From: Candidatus Nealsonbacteria bacterium
Lineage (GTDB): Bacteria > Patescibacteriota > Minisyncoccia > Minisyncoccales > PWPS01
DNA: 64,000 nucleotides
Assembly (NCBI GenBank): GCA_003553505.1
Contig: PWEN01000027.1
Span: forward strand, 3,705-67,704
Direction: 5' to 3'
The notes beneath the pieces were generated by a model. It made no database searches, was not told the DNA's origin, and saw only the letters and a list, made by a program, of their open reading frames with translations. Below are positions 1 to 8,021 of the stretch, piece after piece. The position numbers and the translations under genes are program-made. The first letter of the stretch is position 1, and each line of letters opens with the position of its first letter.

Positions 1-756
1 AAAGTGAAGATCATCTCTTAAAATAACATCGAATTTTTCCCTATACTCTTCCGAGGGATCTTCGTTGAGAACCGCTATTTTTAGTATGTTTTTATAATCA
101 AAGCCTTTTGCCATATCGGCATCATTCAGGCTATCACCGAGAAGAACAACGTTCCTTCTATCCTTTACAGTATCAAAAACATCCGGAAAGCTGCTTATCG
201 TTGTTTCATCCTTATTCATAGAATGTATAAAGGGTTTTTGAGGAGAAACAGCCTTCCCTTCTTTGTTCCAGTTAAATCTGTTTACTATGTAAAAAATATT
301 ATTATAATCCAAGCCCCTTTCTTTCAAGATCATCTCTACCGCATCTCCGCAACCGCAAGCAGAAAAGATAACAATAGGAATACCTTTTCTGTAAAGCAAC
401 TCAAGAAAATCTTCTGCACCATCTCTTAATTTTATCTTTTCGCTTTTTGCTATTTCAAGAAGGTCAGACATTGATATGCCGGAATCAACAAGCAACTTAT
501 AGTGTTCTCCCCACCACTCGTTCATTATTTCTCCTTTCTTTTCCTTGGATATGGAAGAGTCTTTTTCCAGGGGACGATACTTCTCAAACAAACGAGTTGC
601 TTTTTGTGCGTAGTCATCTGTAAGATAACTACCGTCACGCAATATAGCCATGACTTTTTGCAGCGTAAGGGTGTTATCAAAGTCGGAAACAACATGCACA
701 TCTTTCCACTGCTTTGCTTCTTCTAATTTTTGAGGATTAATGATGATGTTACTCAT
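1..756 (-). CDS. HAD-superfamily pyrimidine 5'-nucleotidase (UMPH-1/cN-III-like); C-terminus cut by window edge
   Basis: Not in the ORF track because no stop lies inside the window. My translation from the ATG at 756..754 reads MSNIIINPQKLEEAKQWKDVHVVSDFDNTLT (HAD motif I DxDxT) ... RNVVLLGDSLNDADMAKG ... KIAVLNEDPSEEYREKFDVILRDD. The start overlaps the upstream stop (ATGAGTAA). Confidence 0.7.
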   Translation of the reverse strand, partial: MSNIIINPQKLEEAKQWKDVHVVSDFDNTLTLQKVMAILRDGSYLTDDYAQKATRLFEKYRPLEKDSSISKEKKGEIMNEWWGEHYKLLVDSGISMSDLLEIAKSEKIKLRDGAEDFLELLYRKGIPIVIFSACGCGDAVEMILKERGLDYNNIFYIVNRFNWNKEGKAVSPQKPFIHSMNKDETTISSFPDVFDTVKDRRNVVLLGDSLNDADMAKGFDYKNILKIAVLNEDPSEEYREKFDVILRDDLHF

Positions 757-1480
757 TAAAGATCCGGGGATTTTTATCTTCAAACTTTTCTACCAACCTT
801 TTTATTAAAGGAACCTCCCCTTTTTTAAGATAAAAATATCCTGCCACAGAGGCAATCACTGCTCCAATAGTGTTTAGTATCATATCCCACATGGTATCCA
901 TTACCCCCACTCTCGTATCACCTTCAAGTCCCCTTGATTTCTGCATATCAGCACCAAAGATAGAGTCCACACTAAACTCAAATATCTCCCACAAAGCACC
1001 CATGGCAACAGCAAAAAAGAAGGAGAAAAAAGCTATCATCTTAAATCCCGCCCTGAACTTATCTTTTTTGTAGAGAATGTACAAAAAAAGAAATCCCGCA
1101 AAGCCAAGAGCTACTCCGGAAAAAGCGTGAAGAACAGAGTCCCACCACCAAAATCTCGTGTAATAACCCCTCACCTCACCTAAAAATAGACCGGCATATA
1201 TAAAGAGTATGATTACTATATGAAATTCGGCAATAAGCTTTACCTTGTACCTTTTTTCAAAAATCCTCGGAAAAAGAATAAGAAAAAGAGTAAGAACAGA
1301 AACAAAAAGCGCCATCCAGTTAGCTTCATAAACAGCAAAGGGGATGGCGGCAAAAAGAGTGGCTATTACTACCGAAGAAACAACTATGTGAGTCTTCTCG
1401 GCAATTTTCATGTCCTTCCACTCCTCTTCAAATCCCAATAATTTACGAATAAAGCTTCTTGTAGACAGCATACCCTTCAT
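749..1480 (-). CDS. Integral membrane protein, unknown function (about 6 TM)
   Basis: 243-aa ORF with hydrophobic helices throughout and a WWWDSVLHAFSG motif. An alternative start at M24 (1411) would remove the overlap with 1443..1760. Confidence 0.6.
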   Translation of the reverse strand: MKGMLSTRSFIRKLLGFEEEWKDMKIAEKTHIVVSSVVIATLFAAIPFAVYEANWMALFVSVLTLFLILFPRIFEKRYKVKLIAEFHIVIILFIYAGLFLGEVRGYYTRFWWWDSVLHAFSGVALGFAGFLFLYILYKKDKFRAGFKMIAFFSFFFAVAMGALWEIFEFSVDSIFGADMQKSRGLEGDTRVGVMDTMWDMILNTIGAVIASVAGYFYLKKGEVPLIKRLVEKFEDKNPRIFNE

Positions 1481-1760
1481 CTTTTAAAGCCTCCTTGATC
1501 GCCTTTCTTTCGCCTTCCTCAAAATCGAGCAAAACACTGTCGATCTCCTTTGAGTACTCCTCTTTGTTTTCGAGATAATCTATCGTCATGCCAGAAAAAG
1601 AGTCTCTGTTGTAATTTCCCTCTTCCGTGGCACTCTTTTTTCTCACCTCAAATCCGCTTTCTTCAATAACATTTATAGCCTTTTCTATATCAAGCTCTCT
1701 GGAAGGTTCCCTCTCTCCCTCATTCTCTTCATTTTTCCACATTTCCATGTTTTCATTCAT
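1443..1760 (-). CDS. Small acidic hypothetical protein
   Basis: 105-aa ORF in line with the flanking minus-strand genes. Glu-rich, no recognisable motif. Confidence 0.45.
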   Translation of the reverse strand: MNENMEMWKNEENEGEREPSRELDIEKAINVIEESGFEVRKKSATEEGNYNRDSFSGMTIDYLENKEEYSKEIDSVLLDFEEGERKAIKEALKDEGYAVYKKLYS

Positions 1761-1771
1761 ATTTTTAAAAA

Positions 1772-2701
1772 TTAATTTTTATCTTGCAAAAAAGATATCG
1801 CTTTTGCGACATCATCTTTCTCTGCCTCTTCCGGCACAAAAGATAGGATCTCCTCTAGCGACTTTCCCGCTCTTGCCTCCCCTTTCGCTATGCTGCATAA
1901 TCCACGCACATAGTAGTCTCCTTCTGGTATACTTTTAAGCGTCTCTTTAGCATCTTCCAGGTCACCTTTTCTAACTTGCATCTCAAGAAGCTCTAAGTGC
2001 ATATTGTCGCCCGCTTCTCCTTCTGTTTCGTGGGCTTCTTTCTTTTTCTCCTCTACCTCTTCGCTTGAAGGAGACTCCTCTTCGTGATAATGCTCGCCTA
2101 TCAGGCGCAGGGTCTCTTTTGCTCCCTCCTCATCACCTCTCTTGAGTTGTGCAAAAACGATCTCTTGCACGGCACGATCATAATCTTTTTTGTCTTTTAT
2201 GTGGTTTAACACCTCTTTCGCTTTTTCCACGTCTCCTAGGTACGCTTCTTTTAACAACTTTGCTTCGCGAATAAGTTTTACACGCACACCCTCTTCCTTT
2301 ATCTCTTTTTCATCTCTTGCAGCTCTTTCTGCTTCCTTAAAGTGAACTAATGCGTCACGTGTAAGAATGATCTTTTTTTCGTCCTCTGTGAAGGAATCCT
2401 CTTTTTCCAGGGACCCTTCCAGTTCTCTTAGCTCCCCTTCTAATTCTAAAAGCTCTTCTTCCAGTTTGTCATGCATCTTGCCTTCTGCACTTCCAAGCTC
2501 TTCGTTTTTCTTCTCAATCTCTTTTATTCTCTCGTTTCCTTCTACGATTCTGAGCCTTTCCTCAAGCTCTGCAATCTCTCTCTCCAACTTTTCTGCCTCA
2601 CTTCCATGGGAGTCCTTCAGCTTGTTCTCTAAGCGCTCAATCTCCTCTTCTATCTCTTTTGTTGTTTCAAGTTCGTTATTGTTTTCAACTTCTCTAATCA
2701 T
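1772..2701 (-). CDS. Glu/Lys-rich coiled-coil protein with helical repeats
   Basis: 309 aa. The N-terminal half is heptad-like (ELEGELRELEGSLEKE). A motif (K/R/L)GDxExAKExL recurs three times (LGDVEKAKEVL, RGDEEGAKETL, KGDLEDAKETL). The Ser-rich ORF 2367..2837 is its antisense shadow. Confidence 0.55.
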   Translation of the reverse strand: MIREVENNNELETTKEIEEEIERLENKLKDSHGSEAEKLEREIAELEERLRIVEGNERIKEIEKKNEELGSAEGKMHDKLEEELLELEGELRELEGSLEKEDSFTEDEKKIILTRDALVHFKEAERAARDEKEIKEEGVRVKLIREAKLLKEAYLGDVEKAKEVLNHIKDKKDYDRAVQEIVFAQLKRGDEEGAKETLRLIGEHYHEEESPSSEEVEEKKKEAHETEGEAGDNMHLELLEMQVRKGDLEDAKETLKSIPEGDYYVRGLCSIAKGEARAGKSLEEILSFVPEEAEKDDVAKAISFLQDKN

Positions 2702-3233
2702 ATTTTTTTGCGGTTATTATAAAGTAAGGAGGAATGTTCCTCGGCTCGTACTCAATTTTAACTTTTTTAAAGTATTTATTCAAGACAGAACGCATAAGAG
2801 GCGTCGTTTGATAAAGAATAAAAACCCCCTCACTTGAAAGAATCGAACTTGTATTTTTTACTATCTCTTCCCTGTCTTTTTTTTCAAAAAATGAAAATGG
2901 CACTCCGGAGACAACCGCATCAACCTCATTTTCAAGATACCGATCGACATGCCTTATGTCCTCATTTAGTACACGAAAACGGTCATCTTTTATATTTTCT
3001 AAGTCTTTGAAAAGTTTTTTATTGGTCTCAAATGCAAAGAGTTCCGCATCTTGCGATATACGCTTTAACATCTCTCTGCTTATCACTCCCTCCCCTGCTC
3101 CATACTCCACAATACTCTTCTTATCGCAAACCTTTTCTGTGATCCTTCTTGCTACATACCCAGAGCTGGGAACCAGTGCCCCTACTCTTTTGTAGTCTGC
3201 AAGAGCAGTTTTTATGAACTTAGTTATTTTCAT
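2694..3233 (-). CDS. Class I SAM-dependent methyltransferase
   Basis: 179 aa with motif I VEYGAGEGVISREM preceded by VGALVPSSGYVARRI, as in the small rRNA-adenine / phospholipid N-methyltransferase-like family. Confidence 0.75.
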   Translation of the reverse strand: MKITKFIKTALADYKRVGALVPSSGYVARRITEKVCDKKSIVEYGAGEGVISREMLKRISQDAELFAFETNKKLFKDLENIKDDRFRVLNEDIRHVDRYLENEVDAVVSGVPFSFFEKKDREEIVKNTSSILSSEGVFILYQTTPLMRSVLNKYFKKVKIEYEPRNIPPYFIITAKKYD

Positions 3234-4098
3234 GATAGATATTGTTTTTTAAAAAATCATACACACGAGGAGATCTTTCTTTAAGGTACTCTTTGTTGCT
3301 TGTCATCGCTTTTACAAAATCCTCTTCGGGGCTGTTCGCTTTCAGTGAGCACCACTGCTCTTTGAGTTCATCGGTAAGAAGGTTTATGTATATATTTCTC
3401 GCAAACTCACGTGAAACAATCTCCAACTTATGAAGCGGCAAGTCTTGTACATCTTCATCAATAAAGCTGTAAAGTTCTATGGGTGTAAGAGAGATAGTAA
3501 AATTTCTATTGCAAAAAGACATATTAGAAAAGCTTACTCTATAAGAAGCTATGCTTTCATCCTCTTTTTTCCATTTCAAGTACTCTTTTATCGGTAAATA
3601 GTAACTATCGCCCTCCTTGGAGATACAAACCGTGTCGGGAAAATAAGTAACACGAGAAACAAGCGCCTTTGATAGCAGGTCTCCGGGAAACTTATCTTTC
3701 AAGAAGTCATGCAAACCCTCAAAATCAGGATCATTTTCAAACCCCTCAAAAACAGTTCCTTTTCTCTTTTGCATTTCAAGCGCCACACTAAAACTCTCTT
3801 CTCTTTCTTTCTCTTCCATGATCATCTCTATCACTTGTTGTATAATAAGCTCCTTGTTCTTTTCTGTCTCCGACGCTCCGATATTTAAATCTATTCCACG
3901 GCGAGAACAAAGATCAACTACCTCCATCCCTTTCTCATCGATCGGTTTTTCCTCTTCTACTAATCTTCTTATCGCCGATCCATACTCTTTAATGAGCTTC
4001 TCTTGAAGTAACTTTTTTACCTCTTTCTCGTTTTCCACCACCTCTCCTATCATAATGCCACTTCTTGTATTTAAAAACTCATTGTATTTCTCCTTCAT
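3220..4098 (-). CDS. Hypothetical protein
   Basis: 292-aa ORF overlapping both neighbours by a few nt, consistent with an operon. No motif recognised. Confidence 0.55.
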   Translation of the reverse strand: MKEKYNEFLNTRSGIMIGEVVENEKEVKKLLQEKLIKEYGSAIRRLVEEEKPIDEKGMEVVDLCSRRGIDLNIGASETEKNKELIIQQVIEMIMEEKEREESFSVALEMQKRKGTVFEGFENDPDFEGLHDFLKDKFPGDLLSKALVSRVTYFPDTVCISKEGDSYYLPIKEYLKWKKEDESIASYRVSFSNMSFCNRNFTISLTPIELYSFIDEDVQDLPLHKLEIVSREFARNIYINLLTDELKEQWCSLKANSPEEDFVKAMTSNKEYLKERSPRVYDFLKNNIYHENN

Positions 4099-5054
4099 GT
4101 TGATTTTTTTCTTGAAATAATATCGCGCAGTATCTCTTTTACTTTCTCCAAGCTTTCATCATCTATCACCGAAAAGGGAACTGCCTCTTTCAGTTTCTCC
4201 GTTTTCTTTTTTAACTCTTTATCGGAAAGAAGATCCTTTTTACTTAAAAAAACGTACTCTTCTTTTTCAAGAAGAAACTCTCCATACTTTTTGAGCTCAT
4301 CACGCACTACCTTGTAGTCATGCAAGGGGTTTTCCGACTCCGCAGATATAATGTGAAAAAGAACCTTGGTGTGCTCTACAGAGCGCAAGAACTTTATTCC
4401 CAGACCCTTGCCGGAAGAAGCACCTTTTATAAGGCCCGGTATATCAGCGAGCACAAGCTCGTAGTAAACTCCTAGGTTTGGTTCCAGTGTGGTAAAAGGA
4501 TAGTTTGCCACCTTGCTACTTGCATTGGTAAGCTCATTTAAAAGACTGGACTTTCCTACATTGGGAAGACCAACAAAGCCCACATCAGCAATAAGCTTCA
4601 ACTCCAGTCTAAAATGAGAAGCTTCTCCTTCTTTTCCTTCTTGATACTGCTGAGGGGAAGTGTTGGTAGAAGATCTAAACTGAAAGTTTCCCTTTCCTCC
4701 TCTTCCCCCACGCGCGACAAGCTCTTGTTGGCCGATATTTAGAACCTCCTTTTGTTCTCCTGTATCAAGGTTGTGTGCCACTGTTCCCACAGGGACTTCC
4801 AAGATAATATCACTTCCATCCCGTCCATCACAAAGCCTCACGCCTCCGTTCTCTCCGTTTTCCGCCACTATCCGTTTTTTGTAACGAAACTTGCCAAGCG
4901 CTCCAAGATCAGAAACACCCTTTATGTAGATATCTCCCCCTTTTCCTCCACTGCCTCCCGTGGGGCCTTGAGACATCTTCTCTTTTTTAAAAGCCACTGC
5001 TCCGTCTCCCCCTGATCCGGCAGCAATGAATACTTCAACATCATCTACGAGCAT
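4095..5054 (-). CDS. obg: GTPase Obg
   Basis: Gly-rich Obg fold (AAGSGGDGAVAFKKEK, GGSGGKGGDIYIK), G1 motif GLPNVGKSSLLN, DIPGLI. Confidence 0.9.
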   Translation of the reverse strand: MLVDDVEVFIAAGSGGDGAVAFKKEKMSQGPTGGSGGKGGDIYIKGVSDLGALGKFRYKKRIVAENGENGGVRLCDGRDGSDIILEVPVGTVAHNLDTGEQKEVLNIGQQELVARGGRGGKGNFQFRSSTNTSPQQYQEGKEGEASHFRLELKLIADVGFVGLPNVGKSSLLNELTNASSKVANYPFTTLEPNLGVYYELVLADIPGLIKGASSGKGLGIKFLRSVEHTKVLFHIISAESENPLHDYKVVRDELKKYGEFLLEKEEYVFLSKKDLLSDKELKKKTEKLKEAVPFSVIDDESLEKVKEILRDIISRKKST

Positions 5055-5596
5055 ACATCATCTATTTTAGAAAGTAGTTCTTCTCTTCCTCTTTTGGTTT
5101 TTGCGGAATAAGGTATAACTTCGGGAACTTCTTCTTCTATGCTCAGTATCTTCTTCTCCTTCTCTTTTGTTTTCAATTTATCTGCCTTGTTTGCTACCAC
5201 AACCACCCTGTGTCCGTTTTGCTTTAAAGCTTCTATCATCTCCCTATCAAGGTCCGTTATACCTACTTTTATGTCGCTTATAATAAAAACAGCGCGCGGA
5301 TAACAGTTCTCCACATACCAAAACATTCTTTTTACCATTTTATCACGATCCTTCTTGGGACGCTTTGCATATCCATATCCCGGAAAATCAAGCAGATAAA
5401 ACCTGTTATTCACAAGATAAAAGTTTGCTTGAAGTGTTTTTCCGGGGGTTTTGCTCGTTTTTGCAAGCTCTTTTTTGTCCGCCAAAGAGTTTATTACGCT
5501 AGATTTTCCTGCATTAGAGCGTCCAAAAAAAGCGACTTGCGGAAGATCTGTTTTATAGCTTCCGCCAACAACGGTTTTTACAAACTCTGCCTTCAT
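5045..5596 (-). CDS. engB: Ribosome biogenesis GTP-binding protein YsxC/EngB
   Basis: FFGRSNAGKSSVINSL, DFPGYGYAK, ANKADK G4 motif. 183 aa. Confidence 0.9.
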   Translation of the reverse strand: MKAEFVKTVVGGSYKTDLPQVAFFGRSNAGKSSVINSLADKKELAKTSKTPGKTLQANFYLVNNRFYLLDFPGYGYAKRPKKDRDKMVKRMFWYVENCYPRAVFIISDIKVGITDLDREMIEALKQNGHRVVVVANKADKLKTKEKEKKILSIEEEVPEVIPYSAKTKRGREELLSKIDDVCS

Positions 5597-6213
5597 AAAT
5601 TTTCCAACACTTCTTCCGCTTTATCAAAAAAGTGCCCTATTCTTGTTTCTACAACATGTTCTCCCCCTTCTTTTTTTACAACATAAAAGCACTCCGCAGC
5701 ACTCCGTGACATAGCCCACTCACACCCTCCATCCAAGTACTCGCAGCTCATTCCTTCCCCTAGACACTCCATGCCGGAAATAAATTCACAAGTACTTATC
5801 GCGTTTCTGTCCCTGCTGCATATCTCTCCCGAGCACCCTCCTACGTAACAAAGAGGAGTAACGGTTATCGTTTTTGCTGCTGCCTGCAAGGGATAGCTCT
5901 CCATCACGGGATCGACAACAAACACTTCCACAATATCCCCTTCTCTTATGTCCTCAAAGAGAAAATCTTTCTTTCCTTCTTTTATCTTCGTCTCTTCCTT
6001 GACACTAAACCAGCCCGCTTCTCCTGTAAGCTCTTCAATGTCTCCCGTATACTCTTCTCCCTCTACTCCTTCCGCCACTAGTATACGTGCATCTTCTTTC
6101 GCATAAACTACTCCTGTATAATAAACACCTTTCTCCTCTTTGTTGTCGTAAAAATAAAACGTTCCCGCAAGCAGAAGCAGTAAAACAATTATGATAATAA
6201 CTATGTTTTTCAT
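5593..6213 (-). CDS. Membrane-anchored/secreted protein with C-terminal eight-cysteine domain
   Basis: N-terminal TM (IVIIIIVLLLLLAGTF). The C-terminal stretch PLCYVGGCSGEICS..STCEF..MECLGEGMSCEYLDGGCEW..AAEC contains exactly 8 Cys. Confidence 0.6.
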   Translation of the reverse strand: MKNIVIIIIVLLLLLAGTFYFYDNKEEKGVYYTGVVYAKEDARILVAEGVEGEEYTGDIEELTGEAGWFSVKEETKIKEGKKDFLFEDIREGDIVEVFVVDPVMESYPLQAAAKTITVTPLCYVGGCSGEICSRDRNAISTCEFISGMECLGEGMSCEYLDGGCEWAMSRSAAECFYVVKKEGGEHVVETRIGHFFDKAEEVLENL

Positions 6214-6269
6214 TATCTAGTATTGTAACATAAAACAAAAAAGGAGGGGGAATCCCCTCCTTGTGTGTG

Positions 6270-7064
6270 CTATAAAAGGAACAAGACGCCTATCATGGCG
6301 AGCCACATATTTGTTATATTGCTTACAAATATGTTGCTGCCGGCCGCCCTTACTCTTCCTTCACGAAAGAGGACCAGGCAAGACTTGAACTCCGGCCAAC
6401 TCGAAAGAGCTGCGAGAGCAAAAAATCCAACTGCCCCTTTGGGAACATTGGATATGTCTCCGGCAAACTCCACCATGGGGTCTAGGTAATATCCCGCAAC
6501 GGTTAGAACGACCAACGCGGGAAACACCGCCCAAAGAGGTAAGGAGGAAGGTGTGTCATCCTCTTCTTCCCCGGGGCGAGTAAAGAAAAAGAAGACTGTC
6601 ACGACCAGTGCAACAAAAAACCACAGGCCGTAACTAAAATCTAAATAAAAAAGCGCTACAAGTGCTATCGAGCACGCAATGCAAGAAACCGCATAAACAG
6701 TGTTCGTACGGACAACCATCAATAGCGCTCCTGACACCACCGCAGCAAGTAGCAACATAACAGGGTTCATTATATTAGAACCCAACGGAGTGCTCACTCC
6801 GAACAAAATATCGCCTGTGGCGATACCGACAACAAGCACCACCGCTTCCGGTCCATTGGTAATAAACCCGAGAACCGTGCCTACCGCACGAATTCTTCGC
6901 AGCACCTCTATAGTTATCTCTATAGAGATGCCAATGATTGTCATTAAAAGAATGACTCCCATAGAGGATACAAGAGCCATCACGAGATCTCCCCCATTCA
7001 TAGCGGCAAAAGACATAAAGAAGACGATTACCGCCATCCATATCAGAGCATCTATCTTATCCAA
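6270..7064 (-). CDS. CaCA (Na+/Ca2+ exchanger, YrbG)-like cation antiporter, short form
   Basis: Polytopic. It has two alpha-repeat-like motifs: TNGPEAVVLVVGIATGDILFGVSTPLGSNIMN and SSWPEF...AAGSNIFVSNITN (compare GTSLPE...GSNxxN). Confidence 0.55.
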   Translation of the reverse strand: MDKIDALIWMAVIVFFMSFAAMNGGDLVMALVSSMGVILLMTIIGISIEITIEVLRRIRAVGTVLGFITNGPEAVVLVVGIATGDILFGVSTPLGSNIMNPVMLLLAAVVSGALLMVVRTNTVYAVSCIACSIALVALFYLDFSYGLWFFVALVVTVFFFFTRPGEEEDDTPSSLPLWAVFPALVVLTVAGYYLDPMVEFAGDISNVPKGAVGFFALAALSSWPEFKSCLVLFREGRVRAAGSNIFVSNITNMWLAMIGVLFLL

Positions 7065-7143
7065 TCCAATACCCCCTTTCCTCTTTGCAGTTTAAAGAAC
7101 TCTTTTTAAATTATGACATTTTTAGCTATACTTGTAAACCTCC

Positions 7144-7181
7144 TTGAAGTAAACAGATAAAAATGTATAATCATAATTATA
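7144..7181 (+). promoter_or_regulatory. Candidate sigma70-type promoter (TTGAAG-16-TATAAT) overlapped by an AT-rich 6-4-6 palindrome (Fur/Zur-box-like)
   Basis: TTGAAG at 7144..7149 and TATAAT at 7166..7171. TATAATcataATTATA spans 7166..7181 and runs into the second in-frame ATG (7181). Confidence 0.4.
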
Positions 7182-7993
7182 TGATCTTGGAAGTATTTAT
7201 CGCATCCTTTGTCGTAATGCTTGCCGCTCTTGGCGGAGCTGTTTCATTTTGGAAGACTGCGGGGAGCTTTATAGAAAAGAACTTGGGATTCTTGATCAGC
7301 TTCACGGCAGGGCTGTTTCTTTTTGTTTCCTATCAAATGGGGGCAGAGGCAATAGCACACTCACATGACAAACAGGTAGGATTTTTATGGATAATGGCAG
7401 GAGCAGTAGGTATCTGGCTTATCTTTAAGTTCCTTCCCCACTCGCATGAACACGAAAAAGAGAGATCTATCGATATACGTAAGATACTCACCGGAAACGG
7501 AATACACAATATAGGAGATGGAATACTTTTGGCAGCCGCTTTTTCTGCAGACATGTATCTGGGGATAGTAGCAACTATAAGCGTATTCATACACGAATTA
7601 GTACAAGAGACATCGATATTTTTTGTGCTAAGAAAAGCAGGCTACAAGATAAAGTCCGCCATCATAATCAACTTTGCCGTGTCGGGAACCATTCTTATAG
7701 GTTCAATTGGAGGAGTTCTTCTTATATCTTTCTTCTCTTTACTTGAGGCTCCACTTTTAGGAATTTCCGCGGGAGCATTTCTCATAGTTGTCTTACAAGA
7801 CCTCATACCCCACTCTATAGAAGAGATGCAAAGAAAAAAGTGCTTTCTCTGGCACATACTTGCCTTTATCATGGGGATTCTTATTATGTTCTCCATATCT
7901 CTTGCTATGCCACACGAACACCATCATCACGAGGATCATCATCACGAACACCATCATCACGAGGATCATCATCACGAACACCATCATTACTAA
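7163..7993 (+). CDS. zupT: ZIP-family divalent metal (zinc) transporter with His-rich tail
   Basis: HNIGDGILLAAAF and HELVQETSIFFVL match ZIP signature helices IV/V. The C-terminus is HEHHHHEDHHHEHHHHEDHHHEHHHY. The true start may be M7 (7181). Confidence 0.8.
   Translation: MYNHNYMILEVFIASFVVMLAALGGAVSFWKTAGSFIEKNLGFLISFTAGLFLFVSYQMGAEAIAHSHDKQVGFLWIMAGAVGIWLIFKFLPHSHEHEKERSIDIRKILTGNGIHNIGDGILLAAAFSADMYLGIVATISVFIHELVQETSIFFVLRKAGYKIKSAIIINFAVSGTILIGSIGGVLLISFFSLLEAPLLGISAGAFLIVVLQDLIPHSIEEMQRKKCFLWHILAFIMGILIMFSISLAMPHEHHHHEDHHHEHHHHEDHHHEHHHY
7913..7990 (+). repeat. 30-nt coding tandem repeat x2.6 (His-rich tail)
   Basis: cacgaacaccatcatcacgaggatcatcat at 7913..7942 and 7943..7972, with a partial copy to 7990. 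Confidence 0.9.
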
Positions 7994-8021
7994 AAGAGGG
8001 CCATTTGGCCCTCTTTTGTTT

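Noticed and set aside
7913-7990. Tandem repeats (here and at 16577..16954, 60922..60999 and 23095..23145) considered as CRISPR-like arrays.
   Set aside because: All are in-frame coding repeats with no unique spacers, no leader and no cas genes. They are low-complexity protein segments.
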